DNA of 64,000 nt from Cenococcum geophilum. Taxonomy: Eukaryota. The notes beneath the pieces are model-generated. The model saw nothing but the letters and a program-made list of their open reading frames with translations, did no database searches and had not been told where the DNA came from. Shown piece after piece: positions 27,769 to 41,099 of the stretch. The stretch lies in the NCBI GenBank assembly GCA_050273025.1, contig CP158636.1, positions 2,170,001 to 2,234,000 of the forward strand. Reading direction: 5' to 3'. Position 1 is the stretch's first letter, and the number at the start of each line of letters is the position of its first letter. Made by a program: the position numbers and the translations under genes.

Positions 27769-27829
27769 GAGCATATAACTTAAAAATAATATATTATATT
27801 ACCTTAATTGCATATTAAGGAATATATAA

Positions 27830-28020
27830 GTTGGTTAACTGCGTGTTATTTAACTTTTAAATATGTCAAGTTGGTCAATTGCGTATTATTTAACTTTTAA
27901 ATATGTCAAGTTGGTCAATTGCAGGTTAATTGCGTGTTATTTAACTTTTAAATATGTCAAGTTGGTCAACTGCGTGTCATTTGACTTTTAAATGTGTCAA
28001 GTTGGTCAACTGCATGTCAA
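27830..28020. repeat. Subterminal ~39-bp tandem repeats containing TGTCAAGTTGGTCAA
   Basis: About 4 units of TGCGTGTTATTTAACTTTTAAATATGTCAAGTTGGTCAA. Confidence 0.9.
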
Positions 28021-28689
28021 TTACGCGAAACGCGCTTAACAAAGTCGACTTGAAACCCAGCCTGCGAATATTTTCCCGATATAGAATAATAATTATCTAG
28101 TACGCGGGATTTATATCTGTATAGAAACATCTAGTGCTTATTTAAACGTATATCTACCGCAAAAGGTAGTAGGAGGTTTTATATCTTATATTATAAGTTA
28201 ATACAATTAATAGCATTTTATGGCATTTTGCGGTATTTTAGGGCATTTTAGAATAGTAGATATATTATATATACTAACATCCAGCCGCTTAGCAACGTTA
28301 ACTTATCTTACTATTTATCTATTTAGTGTTATATAAGAGGTTAGTATTCTACTATAGTATTTATTGCGTTAAAGTCTCTTAAATTTAATATCTTTATTTT
28401 AGATCTGTCTAGAACTATATATAATCTTATAATATCCCACTCCCCACCTAGTACTCTAGTAAGAGATTATTTAGTTAATAATACCTTTTCTCTTACTAAT
28501 TAAGGGAGGAAAAGACTTGTACTTTCTAGCAGTGGTAGACTGTACTTATTAGTAACATTTTTAATAAATTATAGTGTTTAAGTTTCCGTTTACTTATAAC
28601 GTAATTAGCCTACCTATAGTTAAGTGCTTTTACTTTACTACTCACTTCTCTTTTCCCTTACCCTTTTATACGTCTATATGCTCGCATTA

Positions 28690-31600
28690 TAAACTATAAA
28701 AGCTTAATAGTGCTAAACTATCGCCTAGCCTATATTAAGAGATAGGCTAGGTAGAGTAGTCCCTATAACTTATACTATACCGTGTCTTCCTTTATAGGTT
28801 AGTCTTATTACTATAGATTTACCCTTACACGCGTTTAACCTATAAAGTATATAACTATATACTTTGCCGCCAAGGCCTTACTTATACAATTTTATTAGGG
28901 CGCGTCTTATTTCCTTACCTTTACTAATTAACCTAACTCTACTAACCACCTACCCTTACTTCTACTCTACTAGCATTTACCTCTATAACTAGTACCTTTG
29001 CAGATCTATCTAAGCTATAAAGCCTTATAATGTAGTAAGTTAGCTACCTTATCTTCGGCCTTAGCTATATAATAGAGGGTCTGTATTTACTAATGCGTTT
29101 ATATAGACTACCGCTTAATATAGCCTACTACTAAAATAGACCTATCTACTAATTATTTTATAACTCGCGACATTAACTACGTCTATAACTATAAAAAGTT
29201 CGCTAAGGGCGTTATAGTTTTTAAGATTGCTTTAACTATAGCAATTACGGGCTCTAGTATCTCGTAAGGTAACGGTAAGAGCCCTATACTTAATAAGCCT
29301 CTTCTTCTAGAGCTTAGCAGTCTATACCTCTTAGCTAATAACGCTCTAAAATACTATCTCTATCTATCCACCGGCCATATACGCGCTAATTGTCCTCTTA
29401 AGAAAGCCTCTTAACTTTATTACGGCTGCAGTAAGGCTGGTTATCTTAAAGCTAACTGCCCTAACCCTATATACAATAATTATAGGGAAGCCAGTCATCT
29501 TAAGAGCAACTATTTTAGTATAATGTATAACTAATATAGTACTATAGGCTATAGAAAGCGAGACTATCTCTAGCTATTAGGTAAGAAGAAGCAAACTTAC
29601 CTAAACTATATCTCCCTAGACTATTAAACTGTCTTCTATAGTTAGGTATACAAGAACTACAAAATTATAGGGTATAATATTAATAATTATATAAGTAGAC
29701 CTACTTTAATTCAGGTAATAAACGCTGTAACCGCTCTAGGTAAGGTAAATACACTAAGTACTACCGCTTTAAGTACAGCTACTACCTCTCCGTCACCTAA
29801 ACCTTTTAATATAGCTAGCTTCTATCCGGTGGCGGATAGCCTAGTAAATAATCTAGACACCTATATAGAGGATAGCAATTCCGTAATAGCTGAACCTTTA
29901 GATACACTTTAGCTTCTAAATAATAACTACCTTATAGTTTAGTTTATTATATAAATTATTAAAGAGTATATTATAGTATATAGTATTACGTTCTAGGTGT
30001 CTTATAAAACTAGTAAAATACCTATTTATTATTTATATAAGACGGCGTCTATCTAATTTACGGATACTAACATCGCTAGCGACGTTAAGGTTAATACTAC
30101 TAATGCTGCTTCTCTGGTTACTTAACGACTGTTATATCTAACTATACTTAAGCATCTTACTCGCATTCTCCCGTAAGATGCTATAACCCTATAACTTTAT
30201 TATATTAGGTTCGTTATCGCCTCTAATAAACTTATACTAGGTACGCGCACATTGCTTAGTAAGTACTTCTTCATTAATAAGGACTTTGGCCCATTTACGC
30301 CGCAAATCTATAAAGCTTAGGATATGCTGTTAAATAGTCCTATAGTCGTTATCTACTTCTTTACGCTAGGCACTAAATAGCTTAATAGTTATATCGCGAG
30401 CCTAAACGCAAGCCTATAACAGCAGAGCGTTGATAATCCTTTAGGTCGCTAGTAGAAGAACTATAATATAAATATCTAGCTTAGTATATAGCTCTTAGTA
30501 AAGGACCAACTATTATATAAAATCCCCGCGAGGTATTAGTTTAATAGCGTTCTTAAGTATTTTACGGTCTAATTCTATACCACAGTTATAAGCCTTAAGG
30601 CCGTTAATTAAAACCCCTAGGTACCTACTATTATTCGTCTTATTACCTTCTTAGGTAGCGCGGACTAAGTCTACTACGCTACTATCTAGATAGTTAATAG
30701 TCTTACCCTTTATACCGACTCTATTATTAATATCTTATTCCTAGGTAAAGACGCAGGTGGCTAGGCTAGCTAAAAAGGAGTTATTGTTAATACTACTTCC
30801 TTTAGCTCCGGCTATAACTACTATACTTTTATCTTTTAACTACGGGTGGGTTATAAGTTTATATTAAACCCTATATTCGCTCTAGAGTATATCCTAAGTA
30901 GTAATAACTTTATAATAGTTAGTAACCTAAGTAAGGCCCTAATTATAGTATAGGGTATTAAATATCTTATAACCGAGCGTGTCCCTAAGGTTAGAATCTC
31001 CTAAAAGATTAACACTCTACGCCACCTATAGTAAGGAGGCGACAGTTTCTATATTAAGCGCTAAATTACGCTATCTAATAACTTTACAGATCTCCCGTGT
31101 ATTAATTACTTTAATTACGATATTACTAAGTATAGGAAGAACTTAGTTAATAATGCCCTTAAGGCCGTCTTACTGCTACTTAATAAAGAGTAAATAGGTG
31201 CCTATACTGCGCTTAAACATATAATAGGCGGTATTTTACTAATATAAGGCCTTAGTGGTATTAGGAAATTAACCTTCTTAACTGTCTTAGTCCAATACTA
31301 GTATTAACTTAGGTCGCCCCAGCAGGATCCTACTAGAATTTAGGTCCTGTTGCCGCTTAATCGCTAATTAGATATACTAGCTAAGATAATTAATAATGCG
31401 CTTATAGAGGACTATAAAGCACTAATTACGCAAGGCCGTCCCGCCAAATTTCCTATCGTCCTTCGCCGCTATATACGCTTAATAGAAACTAAGGTCTATA
31501 AGCGAGATGCCATTATACAGCAAACAGCGGTAGGCATTAATACTTGTCCTAAGTATTTTAAAAAACAGGATAACTATACTATAATTAACAAGGACGCGTT

Positions 31601-33270
31601 TATACTAAATATAGCATTCCTACTTTACCGTACGTTTAAGGCTAGTAATGCTACTAGCTTTAATAAGCAGTTATAGGTTATAGATTTATCTAAAGGTTAG
31701 TAGTTATTATGCCTTATAGGTATCCCGGATAGTAATAGAAACCTATATTCTATTGCAGACCCTAATACAACTAAATATACTAAATTCCGCCAATACTTAT
31801 ACTAATTTACGCTTAGTAATAATATAACGCAAGATAATAAGATAGGATTAACACTTACGGCTAATGTAGTTATCACAGACCTGGCTAAAAAGGCTGATAT
31901 TATTCTTATAACACCCAATATAGTCTCGTAGACTTATATATATTCTATTAGCGCTATATATATAGTTTTCTATAATAAGGCCAGGAAGGCGTCCGAGCTA
32001 AGTAGTCTTACTAAGTTTACCTAGAGCAGACTATATTTAATCTAAAGAGGTCTATAGATCTAGGCTAGCAACCCTATACCTTAAGTTTTCCTTAGTAATA
32101 TATACTAACTAAAACCAATCCTTAGTCCCGATTTTAATAATCCGTTCCACTATTAAAAATCTATCTCCCTCTATACGCGTCTCCTTGCGGCTAGTACGGA
32201 TATAGTGTGGTTCTCGCTATAACATTAATTCGTTAAAGATATTGTATATTTTATAAATGCCATCCTACCGCATAGCTAGTTTTAGATAAGCCTAATAGTT
32301 AAGGACCGAGAGCAGTTAAAGCTGGCGGCGAGCTTTTTTAAAGATATACTGCGCTGCAACTACCCTATCGCCTTCCTTACTGTTAATGGTACTATATAGG
32401 TAAATAAGCTTAGCTAATTAATGTATAACCTAGTCTACGCTTAACGCGTATTTTAGGTGGCCATGGCGCTAATAGACTTTAGATTTAAGCTATTAGAGGT
32501 TAGTCTTGCCGTTCTATATACAGCCTAACTTGCCATCTACTCCGCAGCGCTGCATGCGCTTAAAGAATAGTGCTACGCCTAGTAAGATAGCAGTAAGTGG
32601 CGGGAATTTGCGCTAGTAGTTAGCAAGATTAAGGTCTTTACCATTAACGGCATCTAAGGTAACTAGGTAGAGTTATTAGTATATAATATAACAGTCGCCG
32701 GTCCGCTAAAATTTATTTAAAATATAGCAGGGAACCTTTTTATAATTACTAGACTATAAGCGGGCCTTATTATTATTGGTAGTCCCTAGGTGGTCTATAA
32801 TTATTATACTAGCAATAAGACCTTTATAAATACTATATATTACAAAATTAAGAAGTAGTATAAGGATAATAAGGTATTTATTAACCTTAAGAATCCTAAG
32901 CAGAAAGAGCACTTCTAGCAACTTATCGCCCCGTTTAACGTTAACGAAACTATATAGCGTATCTACTACTAGCGTACAGCCGATTATACGCCTATTTTAT
33001 ATAGCATAGACGTTGACTTTAATATTACTATCCCTAACTTCGCGGGTGTAGTAAATATTAGTAGCACTAGTAATTATACCGAAGCGTAAAATAAGGCCGA
33101 TAGAGAAGGCACTAATAATAACGGCTAGGGCGGTGCTAGTAATAATAACGAGGATAATAATAATAGAGAGGATGTTCGTGGCGTTAGAACATAAGGAGGG
33201 TAGTAAGAATAAATATTATAGACTTTACTAGCAGCAAGACCCTTAAATAGGGACACTAGATAGAAGTTAA
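28690..33270 (+). pseudogene. Upf1/Sen1-like SF1 helicase (AAA_11/AAA_12-type) with N-terminal CCHC zinc knuckles, RIP-inactivated, inside the TIR element
   Basis: Three to four CX2CX4HX4C knuckles at 29418-29690 (e.g. CYGCSKAGHLKADCP); Walker A QGPGGTGKST ~31245-31274; Walker B (DE)AGKASE ~31974; FLGDTHQLKP ~32090; TIDGIQG ~32640; TR...GLIIIG ~32750; acidic/Gly-rich tail. Confidence 0.85.
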
Positions 33271-34299
33271 GAGCGATAGTAGCTATAGGCCTTTAATATT
33301 TACAATTTTACTACAGCACTAGGTAAAATACGGCATATTGCGATATTATATATTATAGTTAAATAAGATCTCTAAAATAGATAAGCGCATTATAGTAAAG
33401 ACAGCCTAATTTATAAAGCCTAGTAATCCTAGTTTCTATCCCTTTTAGGCTAGCGGTTAATTAATGCTAATCTATAATCTAGATTTTAAGGGGTTATTTA
33501 GTTGCAATCTATTACTTTTAAATCTAAACTAAAAGTTTAGTAAAAAGAACGCGTTCCTTCCCAATTTAATATACGTTTATAGCTTTACGGGTTACACAGA
33601 TATATATAATCTAAAGCCTTTAGATTTAATCTAGAGTTTAAATAAGGAGCTTTAAGCTTCTAATTTGAACTAACGCTAAGACCTTAGTTTAGATTCTGTA
33701 TATAGTAAAGTTGCTAACTTTTTAGTAACTTTTAGCGTATTTTTTAGAATATTAAAATTTTATAGCTAAAGTTAAGTTAAACTAGAATTTAACCAAACAG
33801 TCGCCTTAGAATTAGATTAGAGCTCTAAATTAACTCTATTCTAAAGCCCTTATTCTAATTTAAACTTATAACTAAATATTCCCTAAGTACTTAACCAGTT
33901 AGATTGTAGTCTAGATATCTCGCTAGTAACTACAACTATTATTAATTACTCTCCGTATAGTATAGGCCGCCTCTATTCTTACTAAACTGTAATAACCTTA
34001 AATAGGATTTAATCCTTTTCTTACTATAGCTGCCGCTAAGATAACGTAACCTAACACCCTCTTCTGCTTATATTGGGTATGCTATTCCTAGTATTAGCAC
34101 GCCGTTACTATATCTTAAGAAACTTGTCGCTAATATTATAGGCCCTTAGAATAATACCTATCCCACTATACTGGCTACTAACTAGTAAAATATAGGATAA
34201 ATATAATGTTTATATAGTTGCCCCTAATAGAAAAGCCTATAGTAAAGGCAATTCGCTATACTACGTCTGGATAACCTAAGATTATATATATAGGTAATA

Positions 34300-34384
34300 G
34301 GCCGTCGAAATCGGACTCTGCACCTGTACGTGGTGACGGCTACGAACCTAGTCTTCGAAGTTCAGATCCAGAGCCAACGCAGAG
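34300..34384 (+). ncRNA. HDV-like self-cleaving ribozyme at the 5' end of retroposon copy 1
   Basis: P1 GGCCGUC/GACGGCU with G1-U wobble; P2 CUCUGC/GCAGAG; P3 ACC/GGU; 7-nt L3 UGUACGU; P1.1 GU/AC; P4 hairpin; J4/2 AGCCAAC with candidate catalytic C at 34374. Confidence 0.85.
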
Positions 34385-35320
34385 ACGTTGCACAGCGTGC
34401 GGACAGGACCTGGTGGTGGTTGTGGGCGTTAAGGGCGGTGGTGAAAAATTTTCGGATGGTGAACACTACTGTTGGCTCTCTACATACGACGACTACTACG
34501 CTGTTCTCCTATCTAGGGCACCTATACGATCTAACATGGATACACAGTATTCGATAACATCCCCCGACCCCCAGTAGAAAGCATTAACGACCTTATATTA
34601 ATAAACAAATAAACGTGAACAAACGAACGAACGAGCAAATATACGGCCCCTTTTAACCCCTAGGGCGATCGCCCGCGGAGCATGCGGTCACTCGCCGTAC
34701 TGCCGTAATACTACTAAAACTAGCAGCCGGATAACCCCGTACGGTTTTCCTTGTCTCCTCTTAACGGAGTGGTGCCCTTAGAGAGGGCCTAGTGACTAGG
34801 GCCTAGGCATAAAAGATACTTAGATACACACACACACATCCCGCTTTCGTTTTTAGTATTAGGATAGTAGAACGGATGAATCCCCCTTACGCCTTTAATA
34901 GGCCTTAGGGGGGGGGGAGGCATGGCGTATATAGCAATAGTAATAGTCAACAAGAGATAGTATATAGGGGGTGGTTAAGATACGGGACACAACCATAAGT
35001 ATACGGCAATCGAACGGCAAGGCCTAGCTAGGACGTAGTAAACCCTAGCTTTAGATAAGCTAGAGAAGGAAGCAGTGGTTCCTAAGGAGTTTAAAACATC
35101 CAAGGAGGAGGACGTAGCTGTAGGCCTGTAGGGCCGCTGCTACGTGCAGGCATGGCAATTCGGGGTTTTTTATCCTACTGAGGTGGCTTATAGGGTTTTT
35201 CCTCCCCCCTAATAGCAAGGGGTTTTTCCTGTCAATATTACTTTCCCCTTATATACGGAGTAGTCTGCGTGGGCCTAGATAGGATCCGTATTAGACGTTA
35301 ATTAAAGAATCTACTACTAC
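34300..35320 (+). mobile_element. SINE-like non-autonomous retroposon, copy 1 (1021 bp)
   Basis: 15-bp TSD TATATATAGGTAATA at 34285-34299 and 35321-35335; 3' tail CTACTACTAC; homologous to 38209-39221; no credible ORF. Confidence 0.93.
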
Positions 35321-38208
35321 TATATATAGGTAATAATCTTAGGGCTTTCTAGTGTAATAGGAGGTCTCGCTACAAGGCAAACTTAACTAAAGTCACTATC
35401 TCTACATAGATTAGATTAGCTGTAATTAATTAATACCTTCTAGCCCGCTTAGCAAAACGTATCGCGCTAGAGATAGGGCTAGATAAATATTAGCAATATA
35501 TTATAATTACAACAAACACTAGTATACTATCTCTACGGATAGCCGTAAATATAACCTAGCCTACCCTATAATAAACTACCCTTAATAGAGCAGCCCTTAA
35601 GGCCCTATTATTTCGGATAGGTATAGTCTTTATATAGGCGGCCTATATCTACTCCTTATTATAATCTACCCCGGCCTTTAAAAATATCTTAACTAGTAGC
35701 TAATATTTAACTATACGTAGGTCTTAAGGCGTATTAGACAGCGACACTAGACTTAAGGCCATGTCTATACTTAGGACTAAGTTTATACTATCTAGTTTCC
35801 GCTTATAAAGTAGTATAATAAGTTGTTTAAGATTATAGCCGCAGTTCTGCGTATAGTTAAGCTAGGATAAACTTTACAAGTTTACGGTAGCTGTATACCC
35901 CCTTTCCGTATCTACTATATAGTTAATGCTAGGCCGCCCTAGCACCTTTATCTTTTTACGTATATTTAACTATACGCGGGCTAGTATATTCTATATAGCC
36001 TTATATACCTATAGCGCTAGTACCTTTTTACATTCTACTACCTAATAGATAACTTTTTGGATTGCCTACTTACGTAGCAAATTATTTAATTATCCGCGAA
36101 ATAAAACATATAGGATGCCGTCCTTAATAATAACCTACTTAAAAGTCCGCTTAATAGTATTAAGTCTCTCCGTAGTAATGCCTAAGCCAGTAATAAGCTA
36201 TATATCTTTTTACGGGTCCGTAGCGCTCGCAGAGTTATACTACGCCGCATTTATAGCATACCGCTATTATATATCGCGTCCTATTGTAAAAAATAGTCTA
36301 GTATCCTAAGTAGGGAATAGTAGTATTTAGAATCCTATACTTAGTATAATAGAGAGGCGGCGCGACGTTAGTAATAAGTAGAGTCTCCTAGCCTAACGTG
36401 ACGCGATCTAGCGTAAATTAGCGTAAAACGCAATGGGTTACGCTATTTAGCGCATTAGTGTCCACGGATATCGCTATACTCTTACTATACTCCTCCTATC
36501 TTAACTAGCTTATAATATAGCATAAGCTATAAATACTACTTTAAATATACGGTTCTACACGGATATTATTTTCGGCTCCCTTCTAACTAAACTATAGTAA
36601 ATTATAGCTTAATGCGGTAATTTATAAATAAGCTCTATCTAGCGGTAATATAGAAAGTATGGGACTAAAGTAAAAAGTATAGGCGGTCTAACCTATTATA
36701 AATAATATTGTCTAAGATAATAAAAATAGAAGAAGGGTAGACATGAGGGCGTTAATATTAAAGAGATAAACAATAATGCACCCTTACGCCATTAAAGCTT
36801 AGAGAAGTATTAGATAGCCTATTATAGGGCTAAGCTAGAGCAATATAATAAGTGGCCACTTACATAATATATAGACGACAATGCACTATTATGCTATTAA
36901 ACCTTAGAAGGGTATTATATAACTAATTATAAGGCCGAATTAGAGTAAGGTAATAAGTAGCCACCCATATAAGCTTTAGGTGATAATATTGTTAATAAGC
37001 TAAATAATAGGGCTGCAGATATGCACTATAATAATAATTCCGTAATATTTAATAGGGTGTATAACCTAGCGATAGTTAAGACTAATCAGCAAACTTTAAC
37101 TAGAATATTTATAGACGTCTTTTAGACTAAAATATTTAAAGAGGCCACTGGCCGTGCTATAGGAAAGCCTTTAGAACGGAACTAAGGAAATCTACAAACT
37201 ATGGACGATATTGCGGTAGTATACGATATTATACTACGTATTAAGCGTACTAGTAGTGCACTAGATAAAACACCTCCCCTATTTTATCTATTTAGTAGTA
37301 AGGTAGAATACGCATAAGTTTTATAGTGGGTAAGCTATAGGACTTCTAACCACGCTATTAATGAGTAGTTTAATAATATTAGGCTTTAGAGAGTATTTGC
37401 CAACTATTTTTCTTACTAGAGTGCTAATAATATTAAAGTAAAACTACTTTTAAAATAGATGCAATCTAAAAGTAATTAACCGTAGTAGATTAAAATAATT
37501 ATAACCGTAGGGGACTAGTAGCTGCTAGTATGTTACTAAAATGCTTTAGAGATTATATCCTTCCTTATTAGTCACGGCCCTTTTTAAGGAAATATAACTT
37601 TTTTGCTAGTAAGGCAGTACTTATTAGTAGGAATAAGAATATATAATAAGCTTAATACGGTAGACTAATAGTGGGAGACGCAAGAGCAGCTACCGCTCGG
37701 CGTAACTATAGTGCCAATTATATTAGCTAGCGATAAGACCTAATTAATATAATACGCCGGCGGCAAGAAAGCATAGCCGCTCTATATTTTAATTAAAAAT
37801 ATTAAACTACGCGTTTAACAATCCGTAAATCAACTAGCCCTATTACTACTTATATACCTCCTAGTCTATATACCTAGCAACTAAATAATATAACTAGTAG
37901 TGCAACATAAGACCCTCGCGGCTATTCTTAAACGTATACTTTAACGACAACCCTACTACTAGTATAGTTATGCTAATAATACCTATAACGTTAGAGAAAG
38001 CTAGCAAAGAAGAAGTATATCTCCTATACGCGGATAGCTAAGATTAACACTACTTTCTACTTCTAGCTATATTTATAGCTAATTATAAAAAACAGGTCAC
38101 GCTTATAGGTATTAAAAATAGCTATAAATATTCGACTTATTATATATATACAAATAAACAGCATAATTTAACAACTGTTATCTAGCGACTATGGCCGTTC
38201 CGTATATA

Positions 38209-39221
38209 GGAGTAGTAATTCTTAATTAACGTCTGATACGGATCCTATCTAGGCCCACGTAGACTACTCCGTCATAGGGGGAAAACTTATAATTTACAGG
38301 AAGAAAACCCTGCAGTTTGGGGGAGGAAAAACCCTATAAGCCACCTTAGTAGGATAAAAAACCCCAGTTTGCTATATCCGTCTATAGCGGCGGCCCTATA
38401 GGCCTACGGCTACGTCCTGTCCTCTTTAGATGTTTGAACTCCTTAGGAACCACTACTTCCTTCTCTAGCTTATCCCAGCTAGGGTTTACTACGTCCTAGC
38501 TAGGCCTTGCCGTTCAATTACTATACACTTATAGTTATATTCCGTATTTTAACCACCCCCTATATACTATCTCTTGTTAACTATTACTATATACGCCATA
38601 CCTTCCCCCCCCTAAGGCCTATCGAAGGCGTAAGGGGGATTTATCTATAAACTACCACTATACTAAAAGGCGAGCGGGACGTATATACCTAAGTATCTTT
38701 TATACCTAGGCCCTAGTCACTAGGCCCTCGCCAAGGGTCACTACTCCTTAAGAGAAGATAGGAAAACCATACGGTATTATCTAGGCTACTAGGTAGTATT
38801 TAATAGTTAATAGCGAGTAACCGCATGCTCCGCGGGCGATCGCCCTAGGGGTTAGGAGGGGCTATATATTTGCTTATTACTCGTTTATTTACAATCGCTC
38901 ATTTGTTAATATAAGAGGTTATTAATACTCTCTACTAGGGGTTAGGGGATATTATTAAATACCACATATCCATATTGGATCGTATAGGTGCCTTAATAGG
39001 AGAATAGTGTTGCTGTTATTCGTAAGGGGCACTTAGTAATAGTTTTTAAGATCTCACCATCCCATGTAAAAACTTTTCACCACTGCCTATAATACCCACC
39101 ACCACCACTAGGTCGTATCGCACGCTATGCGACGTCTCTGCGTTGGCTCTAAGTCTAAACTTTAAAGACTTAGGTTCGTAGCCGTCACCACGTATAGGTG
39201 CAGAGTCCGTTTTCGACGGCC
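38209..39221 (-). mobile_element. SINE-like non-autonomous retroposon, copy 2 (1013 bp)
   Basis: 15-bp TSD GCCGTTCCGTATATA at 38194-38208 and 39222-39236; minus-strand 3' end ...GAATTACTACTCC; inverted homologue of 34300-35320. Confidence 0.93.
39136..39221 (-). ncRNA. HDV-like ribozyme at the 5' end of retroposon copy 2
   Basis: Same P1, P2, P3 and J4/2 as copy 1; perfect 8-bp P4 CUAAGUCU/AGACUUAG; L3 UAUACGU (RIP-type G>A that disrupts P1.1). Confidence 0.8.
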
Positions 39222-41099
39222 GCCGTTCCGTATATACTAGTTAATAAAAGACTAAATATAAATATAGCAGGAAGGTTACAATACTAATAAGAAGGATGAC
39301 TTAGATTATATTCGGCCGTTCTATAACTTTATATAGGGCTATAATCTATTTAATATCTATAAGATAATAGCGCCTAATTTCCTACATTAGGTGCTTAAAG
39401 GCCTTACTAGTAAACATCTTATATACTAGATTAAGGGGCTTATATAAAGCGAAATACAGGCCGGAAAATATTGGGGCCTTAATATCCCGCGCACAGATAG
39501 TTACGGCTAGAAGATGTTAAATATTAATATACTTATTACCACCCGCTTCATATAGGTAGAACAATTTACTAATATAATAGTATAGGATAGCTGGGTAAAT
39601 ATCGGCCAATAGATAAAAAAGATATATAAATCTCTATTACGACAATTGGTCCCTACTATAGTACCTTTACTAAAATAGAATAAAGGCGCTATACTATTTA
39701 TCTAGGCGTTTATAGACTTTACTATACTATCTTAATATATATTATATGACGAATCAACTATCCGGTACCTAGTAGTAGCTATTTATAAAATAGATAAGAC
39801 AGAATATATTCCTTTTATTTTAACTAAGTAAGGTAGGACTACTACACTTTAATATTCCTAAGCTATATACCATTACCTACTATCTAGAGAGTATCTAATA
39901 ACTAGGAGTAATTAGAGGTATAAATATAGAGTATTTAGAGCAAGTATATAAGCTATAGAAGGCATTCTACCATAGGACTAATAAACGGAACAACTATGAA
40001 GAGTAGATGCTACGATATAACACTATATATTTTAACACTATGCTTTAGAACAAACTTAAGCTATAGGCGTTAACTAATATAATTAATATAGCAGACCTAA
40101 TAAGCGTAATACAGATAATATAACTAGGCCCTGCTGTTAATATATACGCACATCGCTTGTATATATAGAACTTTAATAACTATATAACTTAGACACTTTA
40201 AGACTAGAGAATTAATATATCTATCTAGCGTATAGTTAAGGAGGTATAGCGCTAAATAAAGATTACCAACCTTATATTTAAACTAGCCCCCTTTATAAGG
40301 GAATACTATAAGCAGATTAACGGAATCTAGCGAATAGACTAGGACGTTAACTAACTAGAGGCCGATGACAATTAGGTATTAAAAATGCCCTTAAGTATCC
40401 ATTACAGCGTTATATACTATATTTGCTTTAGAAAGGATACCACTAATACTAATAAGCTTAATAAGGTGTTTGCTTAATATACCCCATTATAAGCTAATAC
40501 TAGAGCCCCCCGCTATAATGCTATAATAGTATAAAAATACAAATAGGTAAACGATAGCCTTTATAGTAATAAAGTAGGGAGGCTTTATCTGCTACTTATA
40601 ATCTAGGATACTAGGCGATTAGATAGTAAGGGCAAATACCTAAAATACGCCAGTGCGTTAGTAGAGACCCTCTAAGTTTATAACGGTAGTAAGATTAATA
40701 TAAGAACTAGAATGCTTAGAGTGCAGAGCATAAAGCTATCTAATAGCAGGATAAAACGTATGCTGGATGCCCTCTAGATATATAATATTAACTATATTAT
40801 AAAGCCTATCTTACTTATACTAACGGATATTAATATTATAGACTATTTCTTTATAAATAACTATAGCGATTAGGATATATATAATACTATATATGATAAA
40901 GATTTTGAGTAAATAAATAGGGTATAGGTTAATATATATATAAGGAAATAGGCTCGCATTAAGCGGTAAATAAATACAACTTAGCTGAAATAGCGGTAAG
41001 TTATAACTAGCGGCGCTAGATTATAATAAAGGGGTAGATTACCGCGACTATAATAAACTAGAATATAACACTACTATATATCGCCCTCTACGCGCTAGC

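Larger units (their letters stand above)
26147..28081. mobile_element. Non-autonomous TIR element (~1.9 kb) filled with tandem repeats
   Basis: TIR CATCGGCAAAATATT / AATATTTTCCCGAT(A<G), TA on both sides; TTGACCAACTTGACA near the left end and several inverse TGTCAAGTTGGTCAA copies near the right end; no credible coding region. Confidence 0.72.
33900..36450 (-). pseudogene. Probable degraded gene of unknown function in the TIR element, interrupted by retroposon copy 1
   Basis: Minus-strand frame at ~35350-36200 reads protein-like with stops mostly at RIP-type codons; no domain recognised; boundaries uncertain. Confidence 0.35.
36700..41000 (+). pseudogene. Plavaka-family transposase, RIP-inactivated, interrupted by retroposon copy 2
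   Basis: De-RIP ELNTADWWWETQEQLPLGATIVPIILASDKTQLTQYAGGKKAWPLYISI.NI (~37650-37803); ADYEEQV.LTGIK...CSTC (~38078-38140); PDFLHQVLKG (~39373); HFNIPKLHAITHY (~39845); RTNKR (~39975). Confidence 0.9.

Noticed and set aside
34300..39221. ~1-kb inverted repeats as long TIRs of one 4.9-kb foldback or composite element
   Set aside because: Each copy has its own distinct 15-bp TSD and 3' tail, and copy 2 splits the transposase, so they are independent insertions.
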